This document shows, piece after piece, positions 25,190 to 39,777 of a stretch of 64,000 bases of DNA (positions within the stretch are counted from its first letter, which is position 1; every line of letters starts with the position of its first letter). This DNA is from Octopus vulgaris (lineage: Eukaryota): the NCBI GenBank assembly GCA_951406725.2, contig OX597834.1:18600001-18664000 (forward strand), in the 5' to 3' direction. The notes beneath the pieces were generated by a model that was given only the letters and a program-made list of their open reading frames with translations, was not told the origin of the DNA and ran no database searches. The position numbers and the translations under genes are program-made.

Positions 25190-26317
25190 AATTTTTGATT
25201 TAAGGCAGAAGGCCAGTAATTTTGAGGGGACAGGGGTTAGTCGATACCATCAACTTAACTTGTACTTTATATTATCGACCTCGGAGGTATGATGTAAAGT
25301 TGACAGCGGCAGGATTTGAACTCAGAACGTAAGGAGTAGAAACAAATATCCCTTCTGCTATAGGCACGAGACCTGAAATTTTTGAAGGATGGGAGGCGAG
25401 TTTGGCAAGCCGATTTAATCAACCCCATTGCTCAACTGGTACTTATTTTATCGATTGCCGAAAGGATGAAAGGTAAAGTCGACCTCGGCGGAATTTGAAC
25501 ACAGAACACAAAGATGAACAAAATGACGCCAAGCATTTTGTATCGTGTGCTAACGATTCGGCCAGCTCACCCTCCTTTGAATAGGAACAAATATCGCAAA
25601 GTATTTTGTTCGACGCTCTATCAGTTCTGTCCATCCATCACTCTTAACTGTTCCTATCATTAGTACAAGTCCAGGAATTTGGTTTCGAGGAGGGCTTAGT
25701 CGGTAGCACTGACCCTAGTAATTGACTGGTACTATATTTTATCTTTTCTACTCTAGGCACAAGGCCCGAAATTTTGGGGGCAGTTGATTAGATCGACCCC
25801 TGTACGCAACTGGTACTTAATTTACCGACCCCGAAAGGATGAAAGGCAAAGTCGACCTCTGCGGAATTTGAACTCAGAACGTAAAAACGGACGCAATACC
25901 TATTTCTTTACTACCCACAAGGGGCTAAACACGGAGAGGACAAACAAGGACAGACAACCGGATTAAGTCGATTATATCGACCCCCGTGCGTAACTGGTAC
26001 TTATTTAATCGACCCCGAAAGGATGGAAGGCAAAGGCGACCTCGGTGGAATTTGAACTCAGAACGTAACGGCAGACGAAATACCTATTTCTTTACTACCC
26101 AAAAGGGGCTAAACACAGAGAGGACAAACAAGGTCAGACAAACGGATTAAGTGGATTATATCGACCCCAGTGCGTAACTGGTACTTATTTAATCGACCCC
26201 GGAAGGATGAAAGGCAAAGTCGACCTCGGCGGAGTTTGAACTCAGAACGTAACGGCAGACGAAATACCGCTAAGCATTTCGCCCGGCGTGCTAACGTTTC
26301 TGCCAGCTCGCCGCCTT
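25190..26317 (-). mobile_element. SINE family A cluster including a trimer at 25745-26317
   Basis: Multiple reverse-complement bodies with the same internal junction as 3134-3722. Confidence 0.88.
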
Positions 26318-27088
26318 TATTTTATTGACCTCAAAAAGATGGCGCTGGCGGGATTTTAACTCAGAATGCAGCGAACCGGAACAAATACTGCGAGGAACTT
26401 TGTCCGATGCTGGGTCCTGAACACGTCGGGGACAGTTGAAAAGGCGAATTACATGAGGAAACAAGGAATAGGAGACGCCAAGGGACCTATATGGGATGGG
26501 AATTTAAAACTGTGATGTTAACAGTTATAAGTAATGACAGTTTTACACTTCGGGTAGATCTCGGGTTTAATTTAGAATTAAATTGTATTAGGTTCGTCAA
26601 AAAACACTACACCCCATCATCACACAACCACACACGCACACACAAATACTCACACACACACTCATGCGAACACAAACAAATGCACACATACAGATTAACA
26701 CGCATATACATGCATACATGCACACATGTACAGATACTCACAAGCAGTCACATACAACCGACATCCTCTACGCGTAAAACACACACAAATGGTAACACGG
26801 GGAACCTTCGGCATAACCGTTTGAACAGACAGAAATAGCAGCCAAGTCAGCCAGAAATCACACCGATCGTTTTAATGAAGGAGCCATTGGACAACAATGT
26901 AAGTCTCTTGGCATGCAAATAAAAAAAGAAAAGAAGAGGTTGGCGATCACACCTGGAAAGACCTTTTTCATGGGAAGGCTAGATCAGTACTTATCTGGAA
27001 CCGAAAACCAGTATCAACAGCAAAATCATAAACATACATATATACAGTCATGCACACATGCACAACACACACACACGCACACACACTT

Positions 27089-27126
<38 letters not shown>

Positions 27127-27200
27127 GCAGCAACACGTCTATAAACACAGACACATACACACAAACGTATATAAATATCAAATTGCAAGGGTTTGCTTAC

Positions 27201-27311
27201 TTGTCCCTTCATAGGATGAACGTTGACCGGGGCTTTGAAAGCCCGCCGTGTTGGCTCCCGCTTCGCCTCCTCAGGCAAGACTTTGTTCTGATGTGAACGA
27301 AAGACAGACAT
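27201..27311 (-). CDS. Candidate alternative first coding exon (MSVFRSHQNKVLPEEAKREPTRRAFKAPVNVHPMKGQ)
   Basis: ATG in aatATG context, 37 open codons, CAA|gtaagc donor in phase 0 matching exon 16325-16372; non-repetitive sequence. Confidence 0.55.
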
Positions 27312-28444
27312 ATTGGCGGAAATATTTTTTTTTTCAAATTTTCCAAATGTTTTTCCTTCGTATCTTGAACGACCTTTGTCTCCAAATGTCCCCTGATTTA
27401 TCTTTCCGTTACCGCTCGGCTCCTTTCTGTCTCTTTCACAATTATATATAAATAAATATATATTTATATATCTATTTCATAAATGATTTGTGCTTGTATC
27501 AAAGCGCAGCAAGAACGATGTTTACACCACTGATGTGACGAAGAAATGATGGCTGATTATTTGTGTTTAGGTTGGAGAATGTTTACTACAACAATGCATT
27601 TGCTCGTGTATGTATGTATGTATATGCGTGTGTATATGCCTACGTATACCAACGTATTCACGGATTTGTTTCCGCTTGAGTGCATGTATTTATATGAACA
27701 TGTACGATACGTCTCTCTTTCTCTCCCTATATATATATATATGTATTTACATATATGTGTATGGAAACGTGTTTGTCGGAGAACGGTATGTTTCCGATGA
27801 AAGAAGAAAGCGAGAGAAGGTGGAGGAAGAAATGGGAGGAGTCTGTAATCACGCACGCTCAAACACGTTGATCATCGATTCGTCTTTCTATCAACAGAAA
27901 AAAAAAATAATCAATAACTTCCAAAGTACACATCCCTCTCCTCGTCTGTCCATCCAGACCAAGAGCCAAGACTTCCGTTGCAAAAACACTTCTGTCTTTG
28001 ACTGCTGTCATTCGGTAAGAACGAACGGGGTAGAAACCTCATTCAGAGAAGAATGGCAGTGCGATGGTAGTAGACAAAGAAAGAACGATATAATGGTCTT
28101 GTAGTTGGTTCCAGTAGCTGTGTCTCGTGTCATATCTATAGTTTCTTCTCGGTTTCTATACTTTGGTATAGATTTCTATACACACACGCGTGTGCGTGCA
28201 CATGTCAAATCCCCGTTCGTGGTTATTTTTCGTCTCTCAATCTTTTGGGCTCGACAAAAATAAAAACCCACCAATCGACTTACTCACCCACCACCACCAC
28301 CAGCCGTCTCTGCTTCCCGCTCACCTCCATTCAGAGCATCATCATACCCTTATCCTCATTTGAAAATTATTTGAAGGATTAAATTATGAGATGACTGCAT
28401 AAAACATATAACAGAAAAGTTATTTGGTAATAAATTATCATTGT

Positions 28445-29175
28445 TATTTCATCCGTCTTTACGTTCCGAGTTCAAATTCTGCCAAGGTCGACCTTGCTTT
28501 CATCCTTTCGGGGTCGATAAAATAAAGTACCAGTTGAGCAATGGGGTCGATATAATCGATTAGTCCCCCCCTCCCCACAAATCTCTGGCCTTGTGCCTTT
28601 AGTAGAAACGATTATTGTTAAGGCAGCGAGATGGAAGAATCGTTAGAACGGCAGACAAAATCCTTTACGAGACATTTCGTCTGTCTTTATATTCTGAGTT
28701 CAAACTCCGCCGCGATTGACTTTGCCTTTTATCCTTTTGAGGTCGATAACAATAAGTTCCAGTTCAACATTGAGGTTGATATAATCGACCTATCTCCACC
28801 ACCACCCCCGAAATTGCTGGCCTTGTGCCAAAATTTGAAACCATTATTATCATTATTGTTGAAGCGTTAAACTGGCAGGATCGCGAAGTTCACGGACAAA
28901 TTACCAAGAGGAATTTCTTCCGGCTTTTCATATTCTGACTCAAATTCCGGTGGGGGTCGATTAAAAGCGGCGAGTTGGCAGAATCGTTAGCATGTTGGAC
29001 AAAGTGCCTCGCGGCATTTTTCTTGATTTTATGTTCCTAGTTCAAATGCCGCTGAGGTCCACTTTGCTTTTTATCCTTTCGGGGTCAATAAAAAAGTGCT
29101 AGATGAGCACTAGGGGTCGATGTAATCGACTTTGTCAGCCCCCTAAAATTGCTGTCCTTGTGCTAAAATTTGAAG
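28445..29175 (+). mobile_element. Cluster of older SINE family A copies
   Basis: Three to four degenerate head/body units. Confidence 0.8.
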
Positions 29176-29251
29176 CTGTCATCATCGTCATCATCCTCAT
29201 CATCACTATCATCGTTTAACTAGTGGAAACTGAATAGATAAACAAGCAAAT

Positions 29252-29580
29252 CTTTTATTCTTTTACTTGTTTCAGTCATTAGACTGCGGCCACACTAGGG
29301 CACCGCCTTGAAGAAATTTAGTCGAACGAATCGACCCCACTTCTATAGTTTCTATTTTTTTGCCGAACCGTTAAGTTATGTGGACGTAAAAACTCCAACG
29401 CCGGTTGTCAAGCGGTGGTAGAAGACAAACACAGGCACAAAGACACACATATACACACACACACGACAGGCTTCTTTCAGTTTCCGTCTACCAAATTCAC
29501 CCACAAGGCTTTGGTAGGCCCGTGGCTATAGTAGAAAACACTTGCTCAAGGTACCACGCAGTGGGACTGAACCTGGAACT
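29252..29580 (-). mobile_element. SINE family B, degenerate
   Basis: Family B body and tail in reverse complement. Confidence 0.8.
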
Positions 29581-29814
29581 TCATAAATAAGAATCCGTCG
29601 CACCGTTTTGAGAATCAGTGGCTGCTACAAATAATATTAGTATCCTCAACATTCTTTATCTTGTAATGAAAGTTATTACACAATACGATTAGAAAGAACT
29701 GGATGGTTAAGAAGCAAACCCTGATTAAACAGGACGAGGGCATATCATTTGTGAACTTAACTAATAAGGCTAAACAAAAAGCTTGATTGTGAATCATAAA
29801 AGTAGATTATGGCC

Positions 29815-30118
29815 CTCTGTCGGCTACGACGACGAGGGTTTCAGTTGATCCGTTAACAGCCTCCCCGTGAAATTTACGTGTAAATGACTGAACATTCAAC
29901 AGACACACGTACCCTTAATGTAACACTTAAGGATTTTCAACGTGACACAGGATGTGACAAGGCTGGCCTTTTGAATTACAGGTACTACTCATTTCTGCTA
30001 GCTGAGTGGACTGGAACAAGGTGAAACTAAGTGCCTTACTCAAGGACAAAGTGCACCTCTGAGAATCGAATTCACAGTCGCGAGCCGAATACGCAAACCA
30101 CTCAGCCATGCGCCTTCG
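29815..30118 (-). mobile_element. SINE family D
   Basis: Reverse complement aggcgcatggctgagtggttt... head and the shared C/D tail. Confidence 0.75.
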
Positions 30119-30182
30119 CTTAAGCAGTTGATGAAGCGAATATTGTTTGGGTTCAATTTCTACAATTGATAAAATCAATAAT

Positions 30183-30474
30183 ACAAGAGCACCCAGAGAG
30201 CGCGAACCTCCTCCAAAGCAACACCAATGTCTCTCAACGATTAGCTGGAGATGTTTTTTTAAAATGAGAATATCTGAAATAAACTCGACTGCTCTCACAA
30301 ACGAGAATATTAATAAACGAACCTGACCGCTCTCAAAACTTATATAAAAAAACTGGAAAAATAATCCAGATCTTTGTCCGGTACCGTATCGATCCCAAAA
30401 TCTAATCAGTTCGTGCCAGTCACGAGGCCAAACATCCCTGAAAGTTTCATTCGAATCCATCCAGCGGCTCTTGA
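30183..30474. mobile_element. Possible Helentron-associated (HINE-like) non-autonomous element
   Basis: acaagagcacccagagagcgcgaacctcc.. and atcccaaaatctaatcagttc...aaagtttcattcgaatccatcc resemble HINE-type repeats as recalled; ends not verified. Confidence 0.4.
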
Positions 30475-30713
30475 AATGCGCATAGGTCCAGAAATGAAAT
30501 TATGGATGTGAAAATACTCGTTCTTATCCTTATTAATACTTACTGTACGGAAACTATGCAGTCATGAATAGGACATACGGATTTAGTTATCAGAATAGTT
30601 CTCAGAGCCTAGCAACTTATTGCCAACTTTGGTATCAAAAAAGAACCATTGTGCTTGGCCAGCATCTAAAACCGAATTAAGAGGAAACACGGTAACCACC
30701 AGGGTAGTATATA

Positions 30714-30945
30714 CCTATTTCTTTATTAACCACAAGGGGCTAAACACAGAGGGGACAAACAAGGACAGACATAGGTATTAAGTCGATTACATCGACCCCA
30801 GTGCGTAACTGGTACTTAATTTATCGACCCCGAAAGGATGAAAGGCAAAGTCGACCTCGGCGGAATTTGAACTCACAACGTTACGCAGACGAAATACCGC
30901 TAAGCATTTCGCCCGGCGTGCTAACGTTTCTGCCAGCTCGCCGCC
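30714..30945 (-). mobile_element. SINE family A, young full monomer
   Basis: Nearly identical to the other family A copies. Confidence 0.9.
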
Positions 30946-31161
30946 GTATAGTATATAACTCTAAACTCATTTAAACACACACACACACACATATGTATGT
31001 ATATGTGTGTGTGCGCGCGCGCGTGTGGGCGCCACCAGATGGAGAGACAATATTATCGTTAAGGCGCGCAATTGTGTTCGACACACTGGACGATAATTAA
31101 CGAGGATTTGACGACCTCCTGCGTCTTTTTCGCGTTTGTGCATTTATTGTTTTTAACTTAA

Positions 31162-31305
31162 CACTCTCCTACCCCGACGTAATCTCCAGGGATACAGGCA
31201 TCCAGCAACAGGACCTCCGTAATGCCGTGATGGACCGTGAAGTCTGGCGTAGCATGGTAAATTCCATTGTCTCGACCACGGTCGAACAATGATGATGATG
31301 ATGAT
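31162..31305 (+). mobile_element. RTE-X-like LINE 3' end
   Basis: SYPDVISRDTGIQQQDLRNAVMDREVWRSMVNSIVSTTVEQ* followed by a (TGA)n tail. Confidence 0.7.
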
Positions 31306-31673
31306 ATATTATATATATATATATATTACTTTCAAGATCAAATATCTACTCTAAACAATTTAATATATATAAGTAGGTAGGTAGGTAGGTAGGTAGGTAG
31401 GTAGGTAGGTGTCTGATAAATTTTTATTGGATCTAGCAATAACGGAATAGTACATTATGTATGTGTGTTTGTGTGTGTGTGTGTGTGTGTGTTTGTGTGT
31501 GTGTGCGCGTGTGTGTGTGCGTGTGTGTGTTTGTGTGTATGTGTGTGTGTGTTTGTGTGTTTGGGTGTGTGTGTGTGCGTGTGTGTGTGCGCGCGCGTGT
31601 GTGTGTGCGTGTGTGCGTGTGTGTGTGTGTGTTTGTGTGTGTGTGTTTGTGTGTGTGTGCGTGTGTGTTTGTT

Positions 31674-31778
<105 letters not shown>

Positions 31779-32190
31779 GTGTCCGTAAGTAGGAATGTAT
31801 GTATGAGTGTGCCCACACATCTATAATACAATGTTGAGTTCATCGCTTCACTTTAAAAGTGTGGTTCATCTTTCTTTAAGAGGCTTTTTTTTATTTGACA
31901 ATTGCCTTTTGTTCTTCCCGTCAACACGGAAAAATAGAGGCAACCAATAAAATAAGAATAAAATATAATAAAAAGAAGCCAAAAAAAAAACAGGAAGAGT
32001 TACAAATAAATAAATAAATAAAGCGGAAATATACAGCTGAACAGATTATATTTTAAACTCAAAGAGGCCTATCCCATGAGGTAAAACAATATACGCAAAT
32101 ATATATACACGCGCGTGTGTCGGTGTGTGTGTATGTCTGTATGCCTGTGTGTGAGTGTGTACATGTGTGTGCATGAGTGAATGTATGTGT

Positions 32191-32222
<32 letters not shown>

Positions 32223-32489
32223 CTACAAGTCAGAATGTGTACGTGTGCAAGTGTGTGTATGTAAACATGGGGAAAATAGGTACTCATGATAACCATTGCA
32301 CGGAAATGTATGCATGCAAATACATACATACATACATATATACATACATACATACATACATACATGCATGCATGCATGCATACATACATACATACATACA
32401 TACATGCATGCATGCATACATACATACATACATACATACATACATACATACATACATACATACATACATGCATGCATACATACACGAAC

Positions 32490-34100
32490 ATTAAAACCCG
32501 CAAAAGATTCAGACATCAACTGCAAACATCCACAGATAGTAATATCGACAACCCAACAAGAGATGAAAGGCGTAGAGGCTTGAGGTCAATACAGCCAACC
32601 TTCGAATGTGACAGAAACTCTCTCAGACAGTATTTCCTAACAGCAGCAAAAACAAATACATTAACTTAGTGCTGAAAGTGAAGAGAACAATATGCTACGT
32701 GTTAGCAGCGAGCTTCTCCGGGAGCGCTCTCTTCCTGATGACCTCTCATACACACTCAAAACAGCAGGGCTAACTAACATCCCTCAAAGGAGTTCTGGAG
32801 GTGAAACACTCAGCACACCAAAGACAGACTATGTATGGGTGTGTTTCCCGAAGACAGTAATATCGACAAAAAGCGACTCGTAACCATTACATCTCATCAC
32901 ACTTCGAAGGCTGTGCATTATGCAATCCAAGATTAGGCGGTTGCTACGAAATACCTAATCACCAAAAGAGACAATGAAGTTCTTGGAGTTCCAAAAGGCA
33001 ACCAAATAGATAGTAGATCGTGTCATATTTCTATGGAAGACATCACACATTTGAGTAGCAGCTGCCCCAAAATGCCATCAAGGTACTACCTCCCTATGCG
33101 ACTCGACCTAGTCGCAAAAACAATATACAATGCCTGGAATAAATACAATGTAGACTGTCCTGGAATAAATACAGCGAAACCCCCCGTGTTATTGAATACA
33201 TACTCAAACATCAACTGGAACTGGAAGCACTCCGTCGGTTACGACGATGAGGGTTCCGGTTGATCCGAATCAACGGAACAGCCTGCTCGTGAAATTAACG
33301 TGTAAGTGGCTGAGCATTCCACAGACACGTGTACCCTTAACGTAGTTCTCGGGGATATTCAGCGTGACACAGAGAGTGACAAGGCCGGCCCTTTGAAATA
33401 CAGGTACAACAGAAACAGGAAGAAAGAGTGAGAGAAAGTTGTGGTGAAAGAGTACAGCAGGGATCACCACCATCCCCTGCCGGAGCCGCGTGGAGCTTTA
33501 GGTGTTTTCGCTCAATAAACACTCACAACGCCCGGTCAGGGAATCGAAACCGCGATCCTATGACCGCGAGTCCGCTGCCCTAACCACTGGGCCATTGCGC
33601 CTCCACTCAAACATCAACACAAGTAGAATATTCCCATCAAAGCAACTGTCATGTGTAAACGAAACAGGTCGGATATTGTTGTTTGGGGCAGACAAGAAAA
33701 AGCATGTAAGGTCATAGAGGTCAGCTGTCCTGCTGATGTGAATACGTCTTTGAAAACCAAAGAGAAAGAAGATAACAATGAACAACTGCTTCAAGACCTC
33801 CGGTTTCTATGTCCGGGTTACAAATTTACATTTATACCAAAGCCAATTGGAGCACTTGGTTTTGTGAGTGAATGCCTAACTGTCAATCTCGATAAGCTTG
33901 GATTTTCAGTAATAAAAAAAATCACTCGACTGTCTCGCACTTTAGAAATACAGTTTGTAAGCGGAACAGCAAAACTATGCGAGGCATTCCTCAGGTTTAA
34001 AATGTGACATCGTTCTTGTTATCCACATTTCAACGAGGGAGCATTGTGTCTTTGTTAGAAACCAGCACTTTCTTCAAAGGAAGAATTTAAACATTTAAAA
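32490..34100 (+). mobile_element. 5'-truncated R4/Dong-clade non-LTR retrotransposon (restriction-like endonuclease), interrupted by SINE C
   Basis: RRGLRSI; Zn-knuckle remnant RSCHISMEDITHLSSSCPKM..YYLPMRLDLVAK; RLE motif NRSDIVVW..VIEVSCP..IGALG; stop at 34007; flanked by (CATA)n on both sides. Confidence 0.8.
33216..33604 (-). mobile_element. SINE family C (tail type 1), full length with TSD
   Basis: TSD actcaaacatcaac at 33202-33215 and 33605-33618; (TTCCAG)n tail. Confidence 0.92.
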
Positions 34101-35004
34101 ACATACATACATACATACACACACACATGCATACATACATACATACATACACACACACGCGCACACACATACATACATGCATACATACATACACACACAC
34201 ACACATACATACATACATACATATATACATACACACACACATACACACACGCACACACACACATACATACATACATACATATATACATACATACACACAC
34301 ACATACACACACGCGCACACATACATACATACATACATACATACATACATACACATATACACACACACGCACACACACATACATACATGCATGCATGCAT
34401 GCATACATGCATACATACATACACACATACATACATAAATACATAAGTACATACATACATACACACATACATACATACATACATACATACATACATACAT
34501 ACATACATACATACATACATACATACATACATACATGTACATGGTGGTTGTCAACTCGTAGTTGAGTATGACCATCACTAACAAAATTATCTTATCCCAG
34601 ATGTTAAAGACAACGGCTATCGGCAATGCCCATGCTGGAGTTTAAAGTAATAACAGCTTGTATTGTACAGCACCGCAAAGACCCTCACCTCCAAGGCCAA
34701 GTTGTTCGGAAAGATGTAAGACTATGATCTCTGGCTTCGCAATGAGTTGGGTGTTATTTCGCAATTTCCTTCTCCAAGATAGATATCTAAACAAAGACGA
34801 GAGGGTCTCTCACTCCCAGTTCTTGGATGGCCATTGACTCTGTTGAATTCATCCGGCCTTTGGCTGGTTTTCCCTTTCGCCCCTGCAGAGTACCCAAAGA
34901 AAACAACCCTCCTACGCAAGCAGGATTGGTAGGGTAACCGGTTTAGTTAGTATGTATGTATGTATGTATGTATGTATGTATGTATGTATGTATGTATGTA
35001 TGTA

Positions 35005-35042
<38 letters not shown>

Positions 35043-35509
35043 TGTGTGTGTGTGTGTGTGTTTAAGTGTGTTCTGACTTTCCTAAGAGGATTTCGAGGCC
35101 GCTAGCAAACCTGAGTAAACTGTGATATCATAACCTCTGTGGCCGATCTCGCACAATTTCGTTTCTCCCATGTTGCTCGCCGTAACTCCCCGCTCCCCAT
35201 GTATATCTAAACATCATACTGAATGATGCTATTCCAGGGATATGAAATTAATTAACGCAGATTACAGTTATGTACATTATAGCCAATGAAATAGTTCGCA
35301 CAACACAAACTGAACTTGTATTTAGACAATTCCTCTGTTGATAGACGAAAGTCAAACGTAAACTAAGAACTGTTACTCCAAATTAAATTATCTGAATATA
35401 TATCCTTGTTACGTGTTGTATAAACACGGCGATAAACATCTGGTACAACATAACCAGCAATGGAAATACCTAAATCGTGTTTACATTCGTATGGTAGTAG
35501 GTTACTTAC

Positions 35510-35737
35510 TGCCCATTCGCCAGTCCATCGCAGCGTTACTCAAGAAACAGGAAGAAAGAGTGAGAGCAAGTTGGGGCGAAAGAGTACAACAGGGTTCGCC
35601 ACCACCCCCTGCCGGAGCCTCGTGGTGCTTTAGGTGTTTTCGCTCAATAAACACACACAACACCCGGTCTGGGAATCGAAACCGCGATCCTCCGACCGTG
35701 AGTCTGCTGCCCTAACCATTGGGCTATAGCGCCTCCA
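35510..35737 (-). mobile_element. SINE family C head with tail type 3
   Basis: Family C head continuing into ttcttgagtaacgctgcgatggactggcg. Confidence 0.75.
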
Positions 35738-36016
35738 CCCATTACATATTGTAGAGGTAAAATATAAAATTGTTTATTCGTTTTTAAATATGAGGGCCTT
35801 TACGAGGGGTCAAGGTGGTAGAATCGTTAGGGCTTAGACGGCATTTATTCCGGTTATCAATATTCTTATTTCAAATAATGCCGAGGTTAACTTTGCTTTT
35901 GATCCTTTCGGGGTCGATAAAATAAGTACCAGTTGAGTACTGGAATGTCGTCGATATAGTCGGTAAAACCCCTTCGACTAAAGTTGGTGGCACAAAGATA
36001 CACACATACGTACGCA

Positions 36017-36117
<101 letters not shown>

Positions 36118-37321
36118 CTATCTATCTATCTATTCCTCAGAATGCCCCAAGACTGTTTCCACACGTTTCCCCCACTCATCTCGATCTTCCATAATGGTCC
36201 TCAGCTCCTGTACCCCTTCCATACCAGTATCCTCCAGCAAGTGGTCAATAGAGGTCATCTTCCTCTCCTGGTTGGGAGCAAACATCTTACCACACAGCCA
36301 CGCATAAGTAATTTGGTACTCCTTCCTTACTGGTGTGTATTATGATACTAATTAGCAGTAGTTTATTACAAGTGGAGCATGTCTCGAACATTTACCTATA
36401 TAAAGAATATTTCGAAAGATAAAAATCTGGGTTTTTTTCTTTCTTCCCCTGACTGAAACAAGTAAAAGGATAAAAGAACAAACTGTTTAACAGCTGGGCG
36501 CACGTATACAGTTTCTTTGACAAGGCTCAATGTTGTCGCTATTGCGTGACTATCTCAGCCTCATCATCAGGACATGAGAAAACTTTTGTTTAGCCTCTTT
36601 TATGGCGGTGACTTTAACATGAGGTGACTTTTAGAGGGCTCTTCGTTGGGCCTTGGGTCCAACAATGACACTTTGTGCATTGAGTACATATAAGATTTTA
36701 TTAAACTTGACCAATATTCATCAAGCAATGAACAGTTTTCATCAAAACAATAATATGATTTGTTGACTTGGAACTTATTGCAAAGCTGCATGATAAACAT
36801 CATTTTTTGTCTTCCCATTCGGAGGAGAGTACAATTCATTTTTTCTGTCTAATTCCTTTCTTTCTCTCTCTCTCTCACTCTCTCTCTTGTTTTCAACCAT
36901 CACCATCACCATCGCCACCACAACTGCCATACACACATCATTCAGACTTCTGACGCCACCACTGTTAACACTTATGACTTCGCCGCCTTTCCCCTCCACC
37001 ACCATCACCACTGTCATTCACATCGTTTGCTATCACCGTCATTCCTGACCGCCTCGGCTACCGCCACCACCACCACCGTCGTCGTCGTCAATCACCGTAG
37101 CCTCCGCCTCTATCACAACTACAGCTCATACTATTACTATCACCCCATTACCATCACAACCGTCAATCTACTACCTACTACCACCCTCACTGTCTCTATG
37201 CTTATTATTACTCTCACCCCAACAAGAGAAATAGTAGAAGTGTCATTGAATAGTGAGAGCGGGAGTCAAAGTGTAACACACTAACACACAGAAATTCGTT
37301 TAGGCATTTATCATATATATA

Positions 37322-37553
37322 TATTTCTTTACTACTTACAAGGGGCTAAACACAGAGGGGACGAAAAAGGACAGACAAACGGATTAAATCGATTACATCG
37401 ACCCCAGTGCGTAACTGGTACTTAATTTATCGACCCCGAAAGGATGAAAGGCAGAGTCGACCTCGGCGGAATTTGAACTCAGAACGTAACGGCAGACGAA
37501 ATACGGCTACGCATTTCGCCCGGCGTGCTAACGTTTCTGCCAGCTCGCCGCCT
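37322..37553 (-). mobile_element. SINE family A monomer
   Basis: Full reverse-complement copy. Confidence 0.9.
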
Positions 37554-37556
37554 TTT

Positions 37557-37598
<42 letters not shown>

Positions 37599-37870
37599 GA
37601 CGGGCTTCTTTCAGTTTCCATCTACCAAATCCACTAACAAGGATTTTGTCAACCTGAAGCTATAGTAGAAGACAGTTGCCCAAGGTGCCATGCAGTGGGA
37701 CTGAACCCGGAACCATGTGGTTGGGAAGCAAGCTTTTTACAACACATCCACGCTTTTTCTAGCAAGTTTGTTAATTTCACTAGCACTTGGCCCTTTCTTG
37801 AGCATTCTGCCCTTCTTCCTCTGACTCTGTATACAAGACAATGGGAACTGAATTTATCTAAAATACTTAC

Positions 37871-38103
37871 CTCATTGAAATACCGGAAATCGTCTTCAGT
37901 TTTGGTTTCGAATTGGTTGGACGATGTCTTCACGTCTTTGCCGACTTGGGTATTGTAAGACTCGTTCCCAGATTTGAACTCTACCCGACTTCCAGTAGTC
38001 ACCAATCCTTTCGCGCCGCCCTGTGTCAGTGTTCTGTACTGATTTGTGGACCGAGATCCTGTGTTGTACGACATGGCTTGGTCATTGTCTTTGAAGTGCG
38101 AGC
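37871..38103 (-). CDS. Coding exon of the minus-strand gene ((G)SHFKDNDQAMSYNTGSRST...TEDDFRYFNE)
   Basis: Acceptor ttctacttgtttctttcgaaaag| and donor GAG|gtaagt. Only one frame is open; its phase-1 start joins the G left by exon 40642-40830 to give GGC; ends in phase 0. Confidence 0.8.
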
Positions 38104-38560
38104 CTTTTCGAAAGAAACAAGTAGAAGCATAAACGAAGCTAAATTCACTTTATTTAGAAAGTAAATGGGTTTAACCATTTTAATTCTCTAACAGAAAGCT
38201 AGTCACCAATTTTGGACCTTAACATAGACCGAGGACCTTAAATTTGGTAGATATAGACAGAACTCAACTGCAGGAGCCAATATTTCTTTGTCTGTAAATC
38301 AACATAGATTTATTAAGCTAACTTAAAGATTCCCGTACTGACATTTCACTGAGGAATCTAAAAATGACGAAACACAGCATCAGCTGGTGTACTTGCCAAT
38401 GAAAATTATATGTGAGATATATGTAGCATGGAATTTTGTCAGTGAACAGGTCGCGGTTTCAAAGCGACGAAAGTATTTTGACAAATTAAATTTAAATGTT
38501 GAAGTGAATCTAACGGTTTTTGTTATTAAATGGCTTATAAACACCTTCCACGCTGCAATT

Positions 38561-38623
<63 letters not shown>

Positions 38624-38642
38624 TATATATATATATATATCT

Positions 38643-38954
38643 TCTTTTATTCTTTTACTTGTTTCAGTCATTTGACTGTGGCCATACTGGAGCACCGCCT
38701 TTAGTCGAACAATTCGACCTCAGGGCTTGTTCTTTGTAAGCCTATTACTCATTCTATCCGTCTCTTTCGCCGAACCGCTAAGTTACAGGGGCGTAAACAC
38801 ACCATCGATGTCAAGCAATGGTGGGGAGACAAACACGGACACACAAATACACATACACACACATGCATATACGACGGTCTTCTTTCAGTTTCCATCCAGC
38901 AAATCCACTCACAAGGCTTTAGTCGGCCCGAGGCTATAGTAGAAGACACTTGCT
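38643..38954 (-). mobile_element. SINE family B, 5'-truncated
   Basis: Family B body and tail. Confidence 0.85.
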
Positions 38955-39310
38955 AACATTTGGCCTCCTAATTTTTCAGATTTCAGTCCATTGGACTATT
39001 ACATGTGGCGCTTTGTTGAAAGAGAGGTCAATGAACACGCCCGTAATACCAAAGATATTTTGAAAGCTGCCATAGTCAGAGTAATGTCCAAAATGAACCA
39101 GGACCACTTGATTCGAGCATGTAGATGATTTAGATCTCACATAGAAACAGTTGTTGAAGCTGAAGGTGGCTTTACTGAATAACGTTATAGAAAAGAAGGT
39201 TTATTTTTATCCTCATAGCATTCTTTGGTAAATAAAGCTATTATCTGTTATCATATATCTTTTTTTTTATAAACATAAACCTATACTCAAATATCTTATG
39301 CATCCTGCAT
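38955..39310 (+). mobile_element. Tc1/mariner DD37D (maT-like) transposase 3' fragment
   Basis: NIWPPNFSDFSPLDYYMWRFVEREVN..RACR*FRSHIETVVEAEGGFTE* (WPPNSPDLNPLDY-like motif). Confidence 0.8.
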
Positions 39311-39317
39311 ATATATA

Positions 39318-39374
<57 letters not shown>

Positions 39375-39777
39375 GTATGCATGTATGCATGCATGCATGT
39401 ATGTATGTATGTATGTATGTATGCATGTATGTATGTTTGTGAATGAAAAATGCTGTAACTTATTGATTTAATAATTATGTCCAATACTTTCATCTATAGC
39501 ACTGATTTGTCTATTGATCGTTGGAGTAGTCGAACGAACGTCCATGGAGTTCAAATTAAAGATAGTACTTTCACTCGTGACTGGAGACTGTGGGTCGCTT
39601 GAACAAGACTGTAACTAATTTGAACAAGACATTTCTTTACAGATTGTCTTATAAATGTTGACTGGTTCGAAAAGTTGTAAGATGTGTAAAATGTAGGTAT
39701 GATGTGTTAGAACTTATTTCAAGTTTCATGGTGGTAAACTGTTTTTCTATTCTCTCTCTGTTTATTTCCTCGTGTTC

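Noticed and set aside
28008-28175. 55-codon minus-strand frame after tgtgtatag as an alternative terminal exon
   Set aside because: The acceptor lacks a pyrimidine tract; the region is equally explained as upstream or UTR sequence of exon 27201-27311.
38348-38390. ctgagga..gacgaaac motif
   Set aside because: No convincing stem II or stem III pairing.
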